From the IMG/VR virus record IMGVR_UViG_3300025389_001063: 64,000 nt of DNA; one strand, 5' to 3'. Position numbers and translations under genes: made by a program. Of the stretch, positions 1 through 10,081 are shown piece after piece. Under the pieces are notes generated by a model that was given only the letters and a program-made list of their open reading frames with translations, did no database searches and was not told the origin of the DNA. Every line of letters begins with the position of its first letter. The first letter of the stretch is position 1. The DNA is from a virus. Taxonomy: Duplodnaviria > Caudoviricetes.

Positions 1-1053
1 GGTGAAGTAAGAATTGAACCATTTGATAAAGTATCAATACAGAAGGCTATGGACAAAGTTCATGCTGAAATTAAAGATTACGAGAGAGGTGTTGCAGATA
101 ATCCAAAAGATAAAAAGATGCAATATGGTCTCGAGAAGGCACAGGCACGTTTAGGCTTACTTCAGGCTCGTATGGGAACTGCTGAAACACATGCAGGTAA
201 CCCAGTAACAAAGATTGGTCTATTTATTGACCATCTTTCAAAGCATGTTAAAGACGATAAACTTTCTTTAATACTTTCTCGTATAGCAGATGCTTACAGT
301 GAAATGTCAAAGCAAGAACGTCAAGAAGTCAACAGCATGATTAGTGCTATGTTGAAGAAGGCAAAGTACGTACCGATGTTCTCAGCAGAGAGCACCTCAT
401 TCGAAGAACTCGAAGGTATGTTAGGCGGTACAGTACAACAAAGACCAATGCAGGGGGAAAAGGTTGACCCTGTCAGTGAATACGAAAGTCTTTTAGACGC
501 AACAATACATGAAAAAAGTGATATATTAAGTACAGATCAAGACGTCAAAGCAAGGGCACTAGGTGAACTAAATCAATTAATGAGTGACGAATTCCCAGTA
601 GGGACAAACGGAGTAAATGCAATTGAAAGTTTGCGCGGTATCATAGATGACGGCAACTTGTTTAAACAGTTTATGGAAATGAGTCAGGAAGATGCTGCTG
701 GTGATGCAAGACAAATGATTGTTGCGTGGATCCAGGAACATGCTCCTGACATTATGAGTGAATTAGAGGTCAAGGGCATAAAGATGCCCGTTAAAAAGGC
801 ACCAGAAGAAAGTGAAATGGAAGTTCCAAAAGAAGAAAAGGAACAACCAATAAATGAAGTCGAAGACTTTGTTAAGAGCCTATATGATAGCCATACTGGA
901 AACTTTCCACGTGGTGAAACTGGTGTCCTTTCAAGCGTCGAAAAGAAATTTGGTGAAAGAGCAGTTCCAGTTGCCCAATCGGTAATTGAACATTTAAAAC
1001 AGAGCTTTGACGAAAATATAATGCGTATGCGTAAGTTAGCAGGCGTAAGTTAA
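1..1053 (+). CDS. Hypothetical phage protein, 5'-partial
   Basis: Frame is open from base 1 (GEVRIEPF...) through the track ORF 49..1053; ends RMRKLAGVS. Confidence 0.75.
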   Translation, partial: GEVRIEPFDKVSIQKAMDKVHAEIKDYERGVADNPKDKKMQYGLEKAQARLGLLQARMGTAETHAGNPVTKIGLFIDHLSKHVKDDKLSLILSRIADAYSEMSKQERQEVNSMISAMLKKAKYVPMFSAESTSFEELEGMLGGTVQQRPMQGEKVDPVSEYESLLDATIHEKSDILSTDQDVKARALGELNQLMSDEFPVGTNGVNAIESLRGIIDDGNLFKQFMEMSQEDAAGDARQMIVAWIQEHAPDIMSELEVKGIKMPVKKAPEESEMEVPKEEKEQPINEVEDFVKSLYDSHTGNFPRGETGVLSSVEKKFGERAVPVAQSVIEHLKQSFDENIMRMRKLAGVS

Positions 1054-1070
1054 AAATATCAAAATATATA

Positions 1071-1114
1071 TTGACATGATAAATAGAACTGCATTATAGT
1101 AATATAGTGCAGTT
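1071..1114 (+). promoter_or_regulatory. Promoter region of gp32 with inverted repeat
   Basis: TTGACA at 1071, TAAATA at 1080-1085, 11/12 inverted repeat AACTGCATTATA(1087-1098)/TATAGTGCAGTT(1103-1114). Confidence 0.5.
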
Positions 1115-1157
1115 TTATTTTAGGCACAGCCAAGGCATTTTATAAAGGAGATAGGCA

Positions 1158-2138
1158 ATGGCATCATTAGCAGAAATTCGCGCAAAACTTCGCGAGCAAG
1201 AAACTAAATCATCAGGCAATTCACAAGGTGGCGGAGATAACGGAATTTATCCGTTCTGGAACCTTAAGGAAGGCGAGGAAGCAGTAGTTAGATTCCTCCC
1301 AGATGGCAATCCCGATAATACATTTTTCTGGGTTGAACGTGCGATGATTAAACTTCCATTCCAAGGTGTAAAAGGTGGAGACTCTAAGCCTGTACAGGTA
1401 CAAGTTCCATGCGTTGAAATGTGGGGTGAGACTTGCCCAATTCTAAGTGAAGTGCGTGGTTGGTTCAAGGACAAGAGCCTTGAAGATATGGGTCGTAAGT
1501 ATTGGAAGAAGCGTTCGTATCTCTTCCAAGGTCTAGTTACTGATGATCCTCTTAAAGAAGAAACTACACCTGAGAATCCAATTCGTAGATTTATCATTGG
1601 TCCTCAGATATTCCAAATTGTTCGTGCAGCATTACTTGATCCAGAGATGGAAGATCTTCCGACAGATTATGTCCACGGTGTTGACTTCCGTATCAGCAAA
1701 GGATCAAAGGGTGGATATGCTGACTACGGTGCTTCCAAATGGTCACGTCGTGAACGTGCTTTAACTGAAGATGAACAGAATGCTGTTAAGGCACATGGTT
1801 TGTTTAAGTTAAATGATTATTTGCCAAAGAAGCCAACTGATGTTGAACTTAAAGTCATTAAAGAGATGTTTGAAGCATCTGTTGATGGTGAGGCATTTGA
1901 TGCTGAGAAGTGGAGTCAATATTATCGTCCAAGTGGTATGAGTGCAGCAACAGGCGATCCAAACACAAGATCAGCCGCTAAGGCTGCTCCAGTGGAGGAT
2001 GAGGACGCCCCTTTTGATGATGAGCCAAAGGCAGTAGCAAAGGCTGCTCCTAAGGCTCCTGAAACAAAAAGCACAAGCGGAGATAGCAAGGCACAAGATA
2101 TCCTTTCTATGATTCGCGCACGTCAAAACAAGAACTGA
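1158..2138 (+). CDS. gp32: T4 gp32-like single-stranded DNA-binding protein
   Basis: VRFLPDG, CVEMWG..CPIL, WKKRSY, YADY..SKW motifs; AAGGAG SD; directly upstream of uvsX. Confidence 0.88.
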   Translation: MASLAEIRAKLREQETKSSGNSQGGGDNGIYPFWNLKEGEEAVVRFLPDGNPDNTFFWVERAMIKLPFQGVKGGDSKPVQVQVPCVEMWGETCPILSEVRGWFKDKSLEDMGRKYWKKRSYLFQGLVTDDPLKEETTPENPIRRFIIGPQIFQIVRAALLDPEMEDLPTDYVHGVDFRISKGSKGGYADYGASKWSRRERALTEDEQNAVKAHGLFKLNDYLPKKPTDVELKVIKEMFEASVDGEAFDAEKWSQYYRPSGMSAATGDPNTRSAAKAAPVEDEDAPFDDEPKAVAKAAPKAPETKSTSGDSKAQDILSMIRARQNKN

Positions 2139-2144
2139 TAACAA

Positions 2145-2169
2145 GGGGGAGTTAATCTCCCCCATTTTT
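2145..2169 (+). terminator. Intrinsic terminator after gp32
   Basis: GGGGGAG-ttaat-CTCCCCC stem followed by ATTTTTC. Confidence 0.8.
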
Positions 2170-2185
2170 CTTTAGGAGAATTCTC

Positions 2186-3274
2186 ATGGCTAAGACTTTT
2201 GACATAACAAAATTTAGAAAAACTCTAACAAAGAGTATTGACGGTTTAGGTGTAGGCTTTAATGATCCAACAGATTGGGTTTCAACAGGTAACTTTGCTC
2301 TTAACTATTTGATTAGCGGTGATTTTTACAAAGGTATTCCTCTCGGTAAGGTTACAGTATTTGCTGGTGAGTCAGGTGCCGGTAAGAGTTATATTTGCTC
2401 TGGTAACATAGTTAAGAATGCACAGGAACAAGGAATTTATGTTGTTCTAATTGATAGTGAGAACGCATTAGATGAATCATGGTTACATGCTTTAGGTGTT
2501 GATACTAGTGAAGAAAAACTTCTTAAACTTAATATGGCAATGATCGACGATGTTGCTAAAACTATTCATGAGTTTATGAAGGAATATAAAGTAATGGCAG
2601 AAGAAGAACGTCCAAAGGTTCTTTTTGTAGTTGACTCACTTGGTATGTTGCTTACACCTACAGATATTAATCAGTTTGAAGCAGGTGACTTAAAAGGTGA
2701 TATGGGTAGAAAGCCAAAGGCTCTTACTGCTCTTGTTCGTAATTGTGTTAATATGTTTGGCAATTATAATGTTGGACTTGTAGCGACTAATCATACATAT
2801 GCTTCACAAGATATGTTTGATCCAGACGATAAGATCAGTGGTGGTCAAGGCTTTATCTACGCAAGTTCGATTGTTGTTGCGATGCGTAAATTAAAGTTAA
2901 AAGAAGATGAAGACGGTAATAAGGTTAGTGAGGTAAATGGTATTCGTGCCTCATGTAAGATCATGAAGACACGTTATGCTAAACCTTTTGAAGGTGTACA
3001 GATTAAGATCCCTTATGACACTGGTATGGATCCTCACTCAGGAATTCTAGACCTATTCGAGAAGAAAGGTATAATTACACAACAAGGCAACCGACTAAAG
3101 TATATAGATTCAAAAGGTAAAGAACATTTAGAATACCGTAAGCAGTGGAAAAGTGATCTGTTAAATTTTGTAATGGAAGACTATATACATTTACAGCCGA
3201 AGAAGACTGTCGAAGAATCAGTCGATGAAGAAATGGTTGTCTTAGAACAAACTGAGGAAACTGTAAATGAATGA
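2186..3274 (+). CDS. uvsX: UvsX/RecA-like recombinase
   Basis: Walker A GESGAGKS, IDSENALD, FVVDSLG, SGGQG motifs. Confidence 0.95.
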   Translation: MAKTFDITKFRKTLTKSIDGLGVGFNDPTDWVSTGNFALNYLISGDFYKGIPLGKVTVFAGESGAGKSYICSGNIVKNAQEQGIYVVLIDSENALDESWLHALGVDTSEEKLLKLNMAMIDDVAKTIHEFMKEYKVMAEEERPKVLFVVDSLGMLLTPTDINQFEAGDLKGDMGRKPKALTALVRNCVNMFGNYNVGLVATNHTYASQDMFDPDDKISGGQGFIYASSIVVAMRKLKLKEDEDGNKVSEVNGIRASCKIMKTRYAKPFEGVQIKIPYDTGMDPHSGILDLFEKKGIITQQGNRLKYIDSKGKEHLEYRKQWKSDLLNFVMEDYIHLQPKKTVEESVDEEMVVLEQTEETVNE

Positions 3275-3503
3275 ATCATTAATTGTAGAGATGTGGGACT
3301 TATTCAAGGATTATACCGATAAGAAACAAAGACCAGTAATAGCAGAAAAATATGTTCAATTAGTGAGCGACCACGGAGCAAGTGATCGTGATTTACAACA
3401 TGTTATAGGTCACGATGATGACTTAGATGATGCTATAAAAGACTTATTAGATATTAATCCTTATGAAGAAGAAGACAACTATAACGATTATGACAATGAG
3501 TGA
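3267..3503 (+). CDS. Small acidic hypothetical protein
   Basis: 78 aa ORF overlapping the uvsX stop, in operon with uvsY. Confidence 0.75.
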   Translation: MNESLIVEMWDLFKDYTDKKQRPVIAEKYVQLVSDHGASDRDLQHVIGHDDDLDDAIKDLLDINPYEEEDNYNDYDNE

Positions 3504-3506
3504 TAT

Positions 3507-3962
3507 ATGAGTTGGTATTCCAAGGTTAGCAAAGATATAGGAAATCTTCCTGATGCAATGGCATACTTCGAAGCAGAGTTATTAGATGCTCGTAAAGAAG
3601 TAAAGATATCAGGAAATATTGAGAAGGCTTCTGCTAACATGCCCGGTATTGTAGAACTACGATACGCACAGTTACAGGAATTAGAAGCAATCTTGGAATA
3701 CCTTAATATCGAATTAAGAAAAATTAGAAGTCAATTTTTTAGAAAATATTTAGAAAATTATCAGAGAGCACTCAGCAGTCGTGACGTAGAAAAATATGTT
3801 GACGGTGAAGAAGACGTTTGTGATTATGAAAAGATTATCAATGAATTTGCTTTGTTACGTAATAAATGGCTAGGAGTCTTAAAATCACTAGATATTAAGC
3901 AGTGGCAATTAACTAATGTGATAAAACTCAGGGTAGCAGGCATGGAAGATGCTTCATTATAA
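3507..3962 (+). CDS. uvsY: UvsY-like recombination mediator
   Basis: 151 aa helical protein, LSSRDVEKYVDGE motif, position after uvsX. Confidence 0.75.
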   Translation: MSWYSKVSKDIGNLPDAMAYFEAELLDARKEVKISGNIEKASANMPGIVELRYAQLQELEAILEYLNIELRKIRSQFFRKYLENYQRALSSRDVEKYVDGEEDVCDYEKIINEFALLRNKWLGVLKSLDIKQWQLTNVIKLRVAGMEDASL

Positions 3963-3989
3963 ATAGACGCATATAATGCGAGAATAATA

Positions 3990-5486
3990 ATGAAGAATAA
4001 AGTTTTTATAGGATGGGATCCTAGAGAAGATATTGCCTATCAAGTTAGTGAATATAGTATTATTTCTAGATCACCCAATGCCGATGTTGTTCCTTTAGTT
4101 CAAGAAGATTTGAGAACTGTTGGGTTATATTCTCGTCCAGTAGATCCTTTATCAAGTACAGAATTTACATTTACAAGATACTTAATTCCAGCAATTATGA
4201 ATTATCAAGGCTGGGCAATGTTCACCGATTGCGACATTATATTTTTAGAAGATGTACAAAAACTTTTTGATTTAGCAGATGATCAATATGCTATTATGTG
4301 TGTTAAACATAATTATGATGTTAAAGAAAAAGTTAAAATGGATGGTAAAGAACAAACTGTTTATCCAAGAAAAAATTGGAGTTCGGTTATGTTAATCAAT
4401 TGTGGACATCCAAGTAACGCTAAATTAACACCTGAATTAGTTAATGATCCTGAGATAACAGGTGCATATTTACATCGATTTGCTTGGCTAGAAGATCATG
4501 AGATTGGTGAATTTAGTCATGAATGGAATTGGTTAGTTGGAGTATATCAAGAACCTAAAGATGGAAAGCCTATCGGTATTCATCATACATTAGGTGGTCC
4601 TTGGTTTAAAAATTATCGTAATTGCGAATATAAGAATGTTTGGGTTAAGGAATTAACTAATATGATGAAACCTAATTTTTATACAATGGGAGAAGGTAAT
4701 GGTGTTCTAGAACTTTTTTCTGATGGTTCAGGAGGAGAAGTTATACGAAACGATTTTAACTTCAATGAAAATCTCTCAGTTCCGATAGCCTTTAGAGGAA
4801 TACAAAAAAGAAAATTAATACATAAGTGTTGGGAAACAAATAGATTATTCTACTTTATGGATACTGGTTATTTTGCTAATTATGCTACAGAAAGTAATCC
4901 TAAAGCATTTAAAAGATGGCATCGCATTGTTAAAAATAATGTACAACATATTGGAGAAGTTCAAGATAGACCATCTAATCGTTGGGAACGTTTACAAAAA
5001 GAATTTCCTAAACTAAAATGGCCTAATTGGAAGAAAGATGGTAGAAGTATACTACTAGTAACACCTTCTGATAAACCTTGTAAGTTTTATGAAATTAACG
5101 CCCAAGAGTGGATTGATACTACTATTGAGACTTTAAGACAATACACTGATAGACCTATAATTGTTAGAAATAAACCAGAAACAAGAATTGAAAGAGCACA
5201 GTATTTTACAATATACGATCAAATGGATAAAGATGATGTGTTTGCTCTCGTAACTTATAATTCTATTGCAGCAGTTGAAGCAGTTGCTTATGGAATTCCA
5301 GCATTCACTCTTGCACCCAATGCTGCTAGTTCCATGTGTTCAACAGACTTATCAAAAGTAGAAACACCATATTATCCTGATCCAGATTTAGTACATAAAT
5401 GGTGTTGTTATCTTGCTTACGGACAATTTCATGTTGATGAACTAGGTGACGGGACTGCCTGGAAAATATTGAACAAGTATTCATAA
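3990..5486 (+). CDS. Two-domain glycosyltransferase (GT8/CDI-like N-terminus plus KpsS/KpsC-like GT-B C-terminus)
   Basis: FIGWDPRE, STEFTFTRY, FTDCD, YPRKNWSS, GGPWF; then DTGYF, RPIIVRNKP, TYNSIAAVEA..GIP. Confidence 0.8.
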   Translation: MKNKVFIGWDPREDIAYQVSEYSIISRSPNADVVPLVQEDLRTVGLYSRPVDPLSSTEFTFTRYLIPAIMNYQGWAMFTDCDIIFLEDVQKLFDLADDQYAIMCVKHNYDVKEKVKMDGKEQTVYPRKNWSSVMLINCGHPSNAKLTPELVNDPEITGAYLHRFAWLEDHEIGEFSHEWNWLVGVYQEPKDGKPIGIHHTLGGPWFKNYRNCEYKNVWVKELTNMMKPNFYTMGEGNGVLELFSDGSGGEVIRNDFNFNENLSVPIAFRGIQKRKLIHKCWETNRLFYFMDTGYFANYATESNPKAFKRWHRIVKNNVQHIGEVQDRPSNRWERLQKEFPKLKWPNWKKDGRSILLVTPSDKPCKFYEINAQEWIDTTIETLRQYTDRPIIVRNKPETRIERAQYFTIYDQMDKDDVFALVTYNSIAAVEAVAYGIPAFTLAPNAASSMCSTDLSKVETPYYPDPDLVHKWCCYLAYGQFHVDELGDGTAWKILNKYS

Positions 5487-6406
5487 TGATTACTGTTGTC
5501 TCATATTTACGAGGAATACCTGCTAGTAATAATAATTTAGAAAAACCTAGAGCATTAACAAATTTTATCTCTGGAGTACAAATTGCTGGAGATACTGGTA
5601 TTTTAAGTAACGATACTAAGTTAATAAAAGCAGATGTTGCTGTTATACAGGGGTTTGTTCACGAAGATGGTAAGAATGCCCCTCATCTGCAATTTCGTAA
5701 AGATGTATTAGATTTTCAAAAATTTAATAAGAATAGAACTATAATAATTGATAGTAATCTTTTTTTATATAGAGATCCTGGGAATACTAAAGGATATTTG
5801 AGATATAGTTATGATGGTATATTTCCCAATACAGGAGAGTATTGTAATAATAGTCCTGATCCTAAAAGATGGAATAAAATTCAAACAGATTTAGGAATAA
5901 GATTAAAACCTTGGAGAAACAATGGTAATCATATTTTAATATGTTTACAACGTAACGGGGGGTGGAGTATGAAGGGTATGACTGTTGTTGATTTCTTTAT
6001 AGATACCGTTAAAAAAATAAGAAAATATACAGATCGTCCTATTGTTGCTCGTACACATCCCGGAGATAAAAAGGCTTTAGAATATTCGAGACAACTTATT
6101 GGACCTAATGTAACTTTAAGTAATAAAAAAAATATTATTGATGATCTAAATAATGCTTGGGCATCTGTTGTTTATAATAGCAGTCCGAGTGTAGCAAGTA
6201 TTATTGAAGGTGTTCCAAGTTTTGTATTAGATCCTTCTTATAGCCAATCAACTAGCGTATCTAATTTAAATTTAATTGATATCGAAAACCCATTAATGCC
6301 AGAGAGGAAAGATTGGGTACAAAGATTAGCACAATGTCACTGGAATGATGTAGATTTAATACGTGGAGATACTTGGAGACATATGCGTAATTATCTACGC
6401 CAATAA
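5486..6406 (+). CDS. KpsS/KpsC-like GT-B glycosyltransferase
   Basis: LKPWR, RPIVARTHP, YNSSPSVASIIEGVP. Confidence 0.7.
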   Translation: MITVVSYLRGIPASNNNLEKPRALTNFISGVQIAGDTGILSNDTKLIKADVAVIQGFVHEDGKNAPHLQFRKDVLDFQKFNKNRTIIIDSNLFLYRDPGNTKGYLRYSYDGIFPNTGEYCNNSPDPKRWNKIQTDLGIRLKPWRNNGNHILICLQRNGGWSMKGMTVVDFFIDTVKKIRKYTDRPIVARTHPGDKKALEYSRQLIGPNVTLSNKKNIIDDLNNAWASVVYNSSPSVASIIEGVPSFVLDPSYSQSTSVSNLNLIDIENPLMPERKDWVQRLAQCHWNDVDLIRGDTWRHMRNYLRQ

Positions 6407-7200
6407 GATTCAGTTCTAATCATTTTTAAATCTGGCGTTTTACTCTTACCTAATCTCTTTCGTTCGTCACCTTTGAGGTGATCCAAGTAAGCACCCCATT
6501 CACAATTAATTAAAGGATGCCCTTCCCCAGAAATAATCCCATCGCTCCAATTATACTCTTTGAGATTAGAGATACGAGACCGTACTTCATCAAATACAAA
6601 ACTATCATGCCACTCACGCATAGTAAAGATACCATTTTCAGCATCGTCATATACATGTTGAAACTCCTTTAAGAATTGTTGAACTTTTTCACTACGAAGA
6701 TTTAGACTATAAAGACCACATTCACTGTATTTGTTCTTACGTCCTAAATAGCCAATATCAATGCTACTAGGTGCCATTCTAGAAATAAAATCAATAGTAA
6801 TAGGACTGTGACAAACATTATCTGCATCCATCCAAAAGATCGTATCAACATCACAATTTCGAACACAATGAAAAATACTATATACCTTATGAGCAAACCT
6901 AATCGCATCCCACTTAAATCCTTCTTTCTTTCTTTTATCGTTATGCTGCTTAGTACTGTCGTTAGTCCATCCTCTAGCCTTAGGATCATTTTTCCATTTT
7001 CTTTTAAAAGATGTTAATTCATTAACTGAATTTAAATCTCTGTAAACAATATTAGAAGCAGTTTCAGTTGGAATAACATCTTGATGATAAACATATAAAG
7101 TTATTTCTTTAGGCCAATTACGAATAAATGTTTGTATCATTCTCTTTCCATAAAGATCGTAACCGGCTTTATGAAAAGTTGTTACTACAGCATATTTCAT
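6391..7200 (-). CDS. GT-A fold nucleotide-diphospho-sugar transferase
   Basis: AVVTTF, RFAHKV, WMDAD (DxD), WHDSFVFD, DHLKG. Confidence 0.75.
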   Translation of the reverse strand: MKYAVVTTFHKAGYDLYGKRMIQTFIRNWPKEITLYVYHQDVIPTETASNIVYRDLNSVNELTSFKRKWKNDPKARGWTNDSTKQHNDKRKKEGFKWDAIRFAHKVYSIFHCVRNCDVDTIFWMDADNVCHSPITIDFISRMAPSSIDIGYLGRKNKYSECGLYSLNLRSEKVQQFLKEFQHVYDDAENGIFTMREWHDSFVFDEVRSRISNLKEYNWSDGIISGEGHPLINCEWGAYLDHLKGDERKRLGKSKTPDLKMIRTESYWRR

Positions 7201-8024
7201 CCGTAATTACCATATCGCTTTTCGTCTTTATCACTTATCTTAATAAGTTTAATAAAATCACCAGCGGGATCCCATTCCCACCAATTTTCTTTTAAATGCC
7301 ATTTGTCTGGTCTTGCATGATGTGTATTATGCCATCCATCGCCGAACGCAATTATGTTTGCTAACCAACTATTAGTACTATTATCTTTAATATCATAACT
7401 ACGATAACCATGCCAATGCCCAACTACATTTAACCACCCTAATGAGTTAAGACTCCAACTAGTCGGAACAACATAAAGAAATAACCAAAGCTTAGGACTT
7501 ATAATAATTAAAAATATCCACCAAGCAAACATCATTTTCCAATAATGATCATAAATGAATCTATGTCTAGGATTTTTTAATAAATCTCTACCAAAAGAAA
7601 TAGGAATAGTACTCACTTTCCAATCCCACCCTAACCAAACATTTAATGCTTGTGGAAAATTAAATTTTCCATTAATAAGAGGAGAATGTGGATCGCGTTC
7701 AGTATCAGAGCATCTATGATGGTATCTATGCAATGCTACCCATGCTATTGTTGGGCCAACTGTAGAAGGAATTGTCATATATGTAAAAATTGTTTCTAAC
7801 CAAGGCCAAGTCTTATATGATCTATGACAAATTAATCTGTGTAATACTACAACAATACTAATACCACCAAAAATTATCCACCCTAGTACTGAAACTAAAA
7901 GCCATTGCCATTCTTGATTCCATAGGGCGTATATTACTGTAGGAATAGATAAAATATGACATCCCCATTGTATTAATCTTATTTGTCGATCTAACCCCAG
8001 ATTGTTTATCCATTTTATTATCAT
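7197..8024 (-). CDS. Membrane fatty-acid (delta-9-type) desaturase
   Basis: His boxes HRLICH, HRYHH, HNTHH; DPHSP; hydrophobic segments; start chosen at ATG 8024. Confidence 0.9.
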   Translation of the reverse strand: MIIKWINNLGLDRQIRLIQWGCHILSIPTVIYALWNQEWQWLLVSVLGWIIFGGISIVVVLHRLICHRSYKTWPWLETIFTYMTIPSTVGPTIAWVALHRYHHRCSDTERDPHSPLINGKFNFPQALNVWLGWDWKVSTIPISFGRDLLKNPRHRFIYDHYWKMMFAWWIFLIIISPKLWLFLYVVPTSWSLNSLGWLNVVGHWHGYRSYDIKDNSTNSWLANIIAFGDGWHNTHHARPDKWHLKENWWEWDPAGDFIKLIKISDKDEKRYGNYG

Positions 8025-8040
8025 GATACTATATATATCC

Positions 8041-8886
8041 ATGAAGTTCGGAATATTTAACAAATTCGGTGCCTTAAACAGTCAACCTATATTCGAAGCA
8101 TTTGAACAATCTATAAAAAGAAAAGGTTGGCAAGTGTTACATCAAAATGCAGATTGTGATGTTGCTGTTATATGGTCTGTTCTTTGGGATGGACGTATGG
8201 CACAGAATCATAGAATATGGGAACATTATCGTAAGAAGAATAGACCTGTAATTATATTAGAAGTTGGTGCTCTTGATAGAGGTAATTTATGGAAAGTATC
8301 AATTAACGGTATTAATGGCTCTGGTTATTTTGGACCAACAGGTAACGACGATAGGAGAAGAAAGAACTTAAATTTAAAACCTTGGAAGCAAGGTAATAAG
8401 ATTATAATTTGTGGACAACACCCTAAGAGTCAACAATGGAAAAATATGCCTGATCCAAATCAATGGCTATCAAAAGTAGTTACTGATATAAGAAACGTTA
8501 CAGACCGTGAGATACTAGTAAGACCACATCCCCGAGTACCATTAAATTATACAGGATATGAACCATTTGTTAGTGTTCATTATCCAAATAAAATTCCAGG
8601 TACTTATGATTCATTTGATTTTGATAATGCACTACAAGATGCTTGGGCAGTCGTAAATTGGAACAGTAATCCTGCTACTGTAGCAGTATTAGGTGGCATT
8701 CCTGTATTTGTTGGACCAGATAGTTATGCTGCTCCTGTTGGAAATTTAGATTGGTCTAAGATTGAAAATCCAATAATGCCTGATAGAGAACAATGGGCAA
8801 ACGACCTTGCGTATACTGAGTGGACTGTAGAAGAAATAGCATTAGGCGAACCTTTAGATAGACTTGCGTCACGTTTGACTGTATAG
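8041..8886 (+). CDS. KpsS/KpsC-like GT-B glycosyltransferase
   Basis: LKPWK, LVRPHP, WNSNPATVAVLGGIP; start ATG 8041 (the track ORF extends into the desaturase). Confidence 0.7.
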   Translation: MKFGIFNKFGALNSQPIFEAFEQSIKRKGWQVLHQNADCDVAVIWSVLWDGRMAQNHRIWEHYRKKNRPVIILEVGALDRGNLWKVSINGINGSGYFGPTGNDDRRRKNLNLKPWKQGNKIIICGQHPKSQQWKNMPDPNQWLSKVVTDIRNVTDREILVRPHPRVPLNYTGYEPFVSVHYPNKIPGTYDSFDFDNALQDAWAVVNWNSNPATVAVLGGIPVFVGPDSYAAPVGNLDWSKIENPIMPDREQWANDLAYTEWTVEEIALGEPLDRLASRLTV

Positions 8887-8893
8887 TTATAAA

Positions 8894-10081
8894 ATGCTTC
8901 CATCAACAATTGAAGACCTTATACTCTACATCTACGACCCGATGAATGGTTTCGATCGTAAAGGTTTACCGCCTCGCGATAGAAGTATATTATTCAGTAT
9001 GGCTTCACAACTTAAGAAGCCTCTCTCATTAACTGAACGTCAAGGTACGTTAGCAGTTAAGATTATTAGTGAGAATCGTCATCTTTATGAAAGTATATCA
9101 ACCTTAAATTCTTTATTAGAGTTTCCTATCTATAAGAATACATTTCGTGTTGTTGATATAAGTCGTAGAATATTTCTATTTGATAAAGAAACTATTGGAA
9201 TTAAATTTCCGTTTGATGCAGCAATTAATAAACTTCTAGATAGAATTCCTGGACGTAAGATATACGATATTAATTCACGTTGTCACAAATATAAATTAAA
9301 CGAAGTTAATCTTATAGCCATTAGTAATTATTTTCAATCTCATAATTTTCTTATTGATACTAAGATACAAGAATGGATCGATGATATTAAAAAGATATTG
9401 AAGAACCCCGAAGAATATGTCCCCACTATTGATTTTATAAATGGTAATCTTATACTTAGAAACTGTGGACGTAAACTTGAAGAATATTACGAAAATAATA
9501 AGAAAGAAGATCTTATTGCTAATGTCTTTTTAGCAAAAACAATGAACTTAGATTTTACAGTTAATATATCAATGCTTTTAGCAAACGCTGAATGTAACAA
9601 TATTTCTAAGAAACTTTTGGGAGAAAATAAAAATAAATTTTCTATGTCAAATAAAAGAGGTTATACTAAAACTGATGTTACTAACATTTTAAAGGATTCA
9701 CAACTTTATCCTATACTAGTTTCTATAGACGATAATGAAAAACTCTATTCTGATTTTAACGAATGGATTAAGTGTTTTAATAGTATAGGTATAAGCAATA
9801 AAGAAATATCTGTTCTATTTCGTAGTGATAAAACTACAGAATTTAATAATATGATTAAAGAACAAGAACTTAATAATCTTGTTGATATTAATACAAAGGT
9901 TGTTTTCATAAAACATAAAGTACCCAAAATAATATATAAAATAAATTTTGTTCCTAAAATAATTATAAGCACAAGTACATTCTATGTTCATTATACTAAT
10001 CAGAAAATGGTTGACTCACATCCGTTAGTATTGTATTATACTGAACAAGATACTTCGGACAAAAGAATTGCCATCCTGTAA
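8894..10081 (+). CDS. Hypothetical protein upstream of uvsW
   Basis: 395 aa ORF; TAGACT-N17-TATAGT-N6-ATG upstream. Confidence 0.75.
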   Translation: MLPSTIEDLILYIYDPMNGFDRKGLPPRDRSILFSMASQLKKPLSLTERQGTLAVKIISENRHLYESISTLNSLLEFPIYKNTFRVVDISRRIFLFDKETIGIKFPFDAAINKLLDRIPGRKIYDINSRCHKYKLNEVNLIAISNYFQSHNFLIDTKIQEWIDDIKKILKNPEEYVPTIDFINGNLILRNCGRKLEEYYENNKKEDLIANVFLAKTMNLDFTVNISMLLANAECNNISKKLLGENKNKFSMSNKRGYTKTDVTNILKDSQLYPILVSIDDNEKLYSDFNEWIKCFNSIGISNKEISVLFRSDKTTEFNNMIKEQELNNLVDINTKVVFIKHKVPKIIYKINFVPKIIISTSTFYVHYTNQKMVDSHPLVLYYTEQDTSDKRIAIL

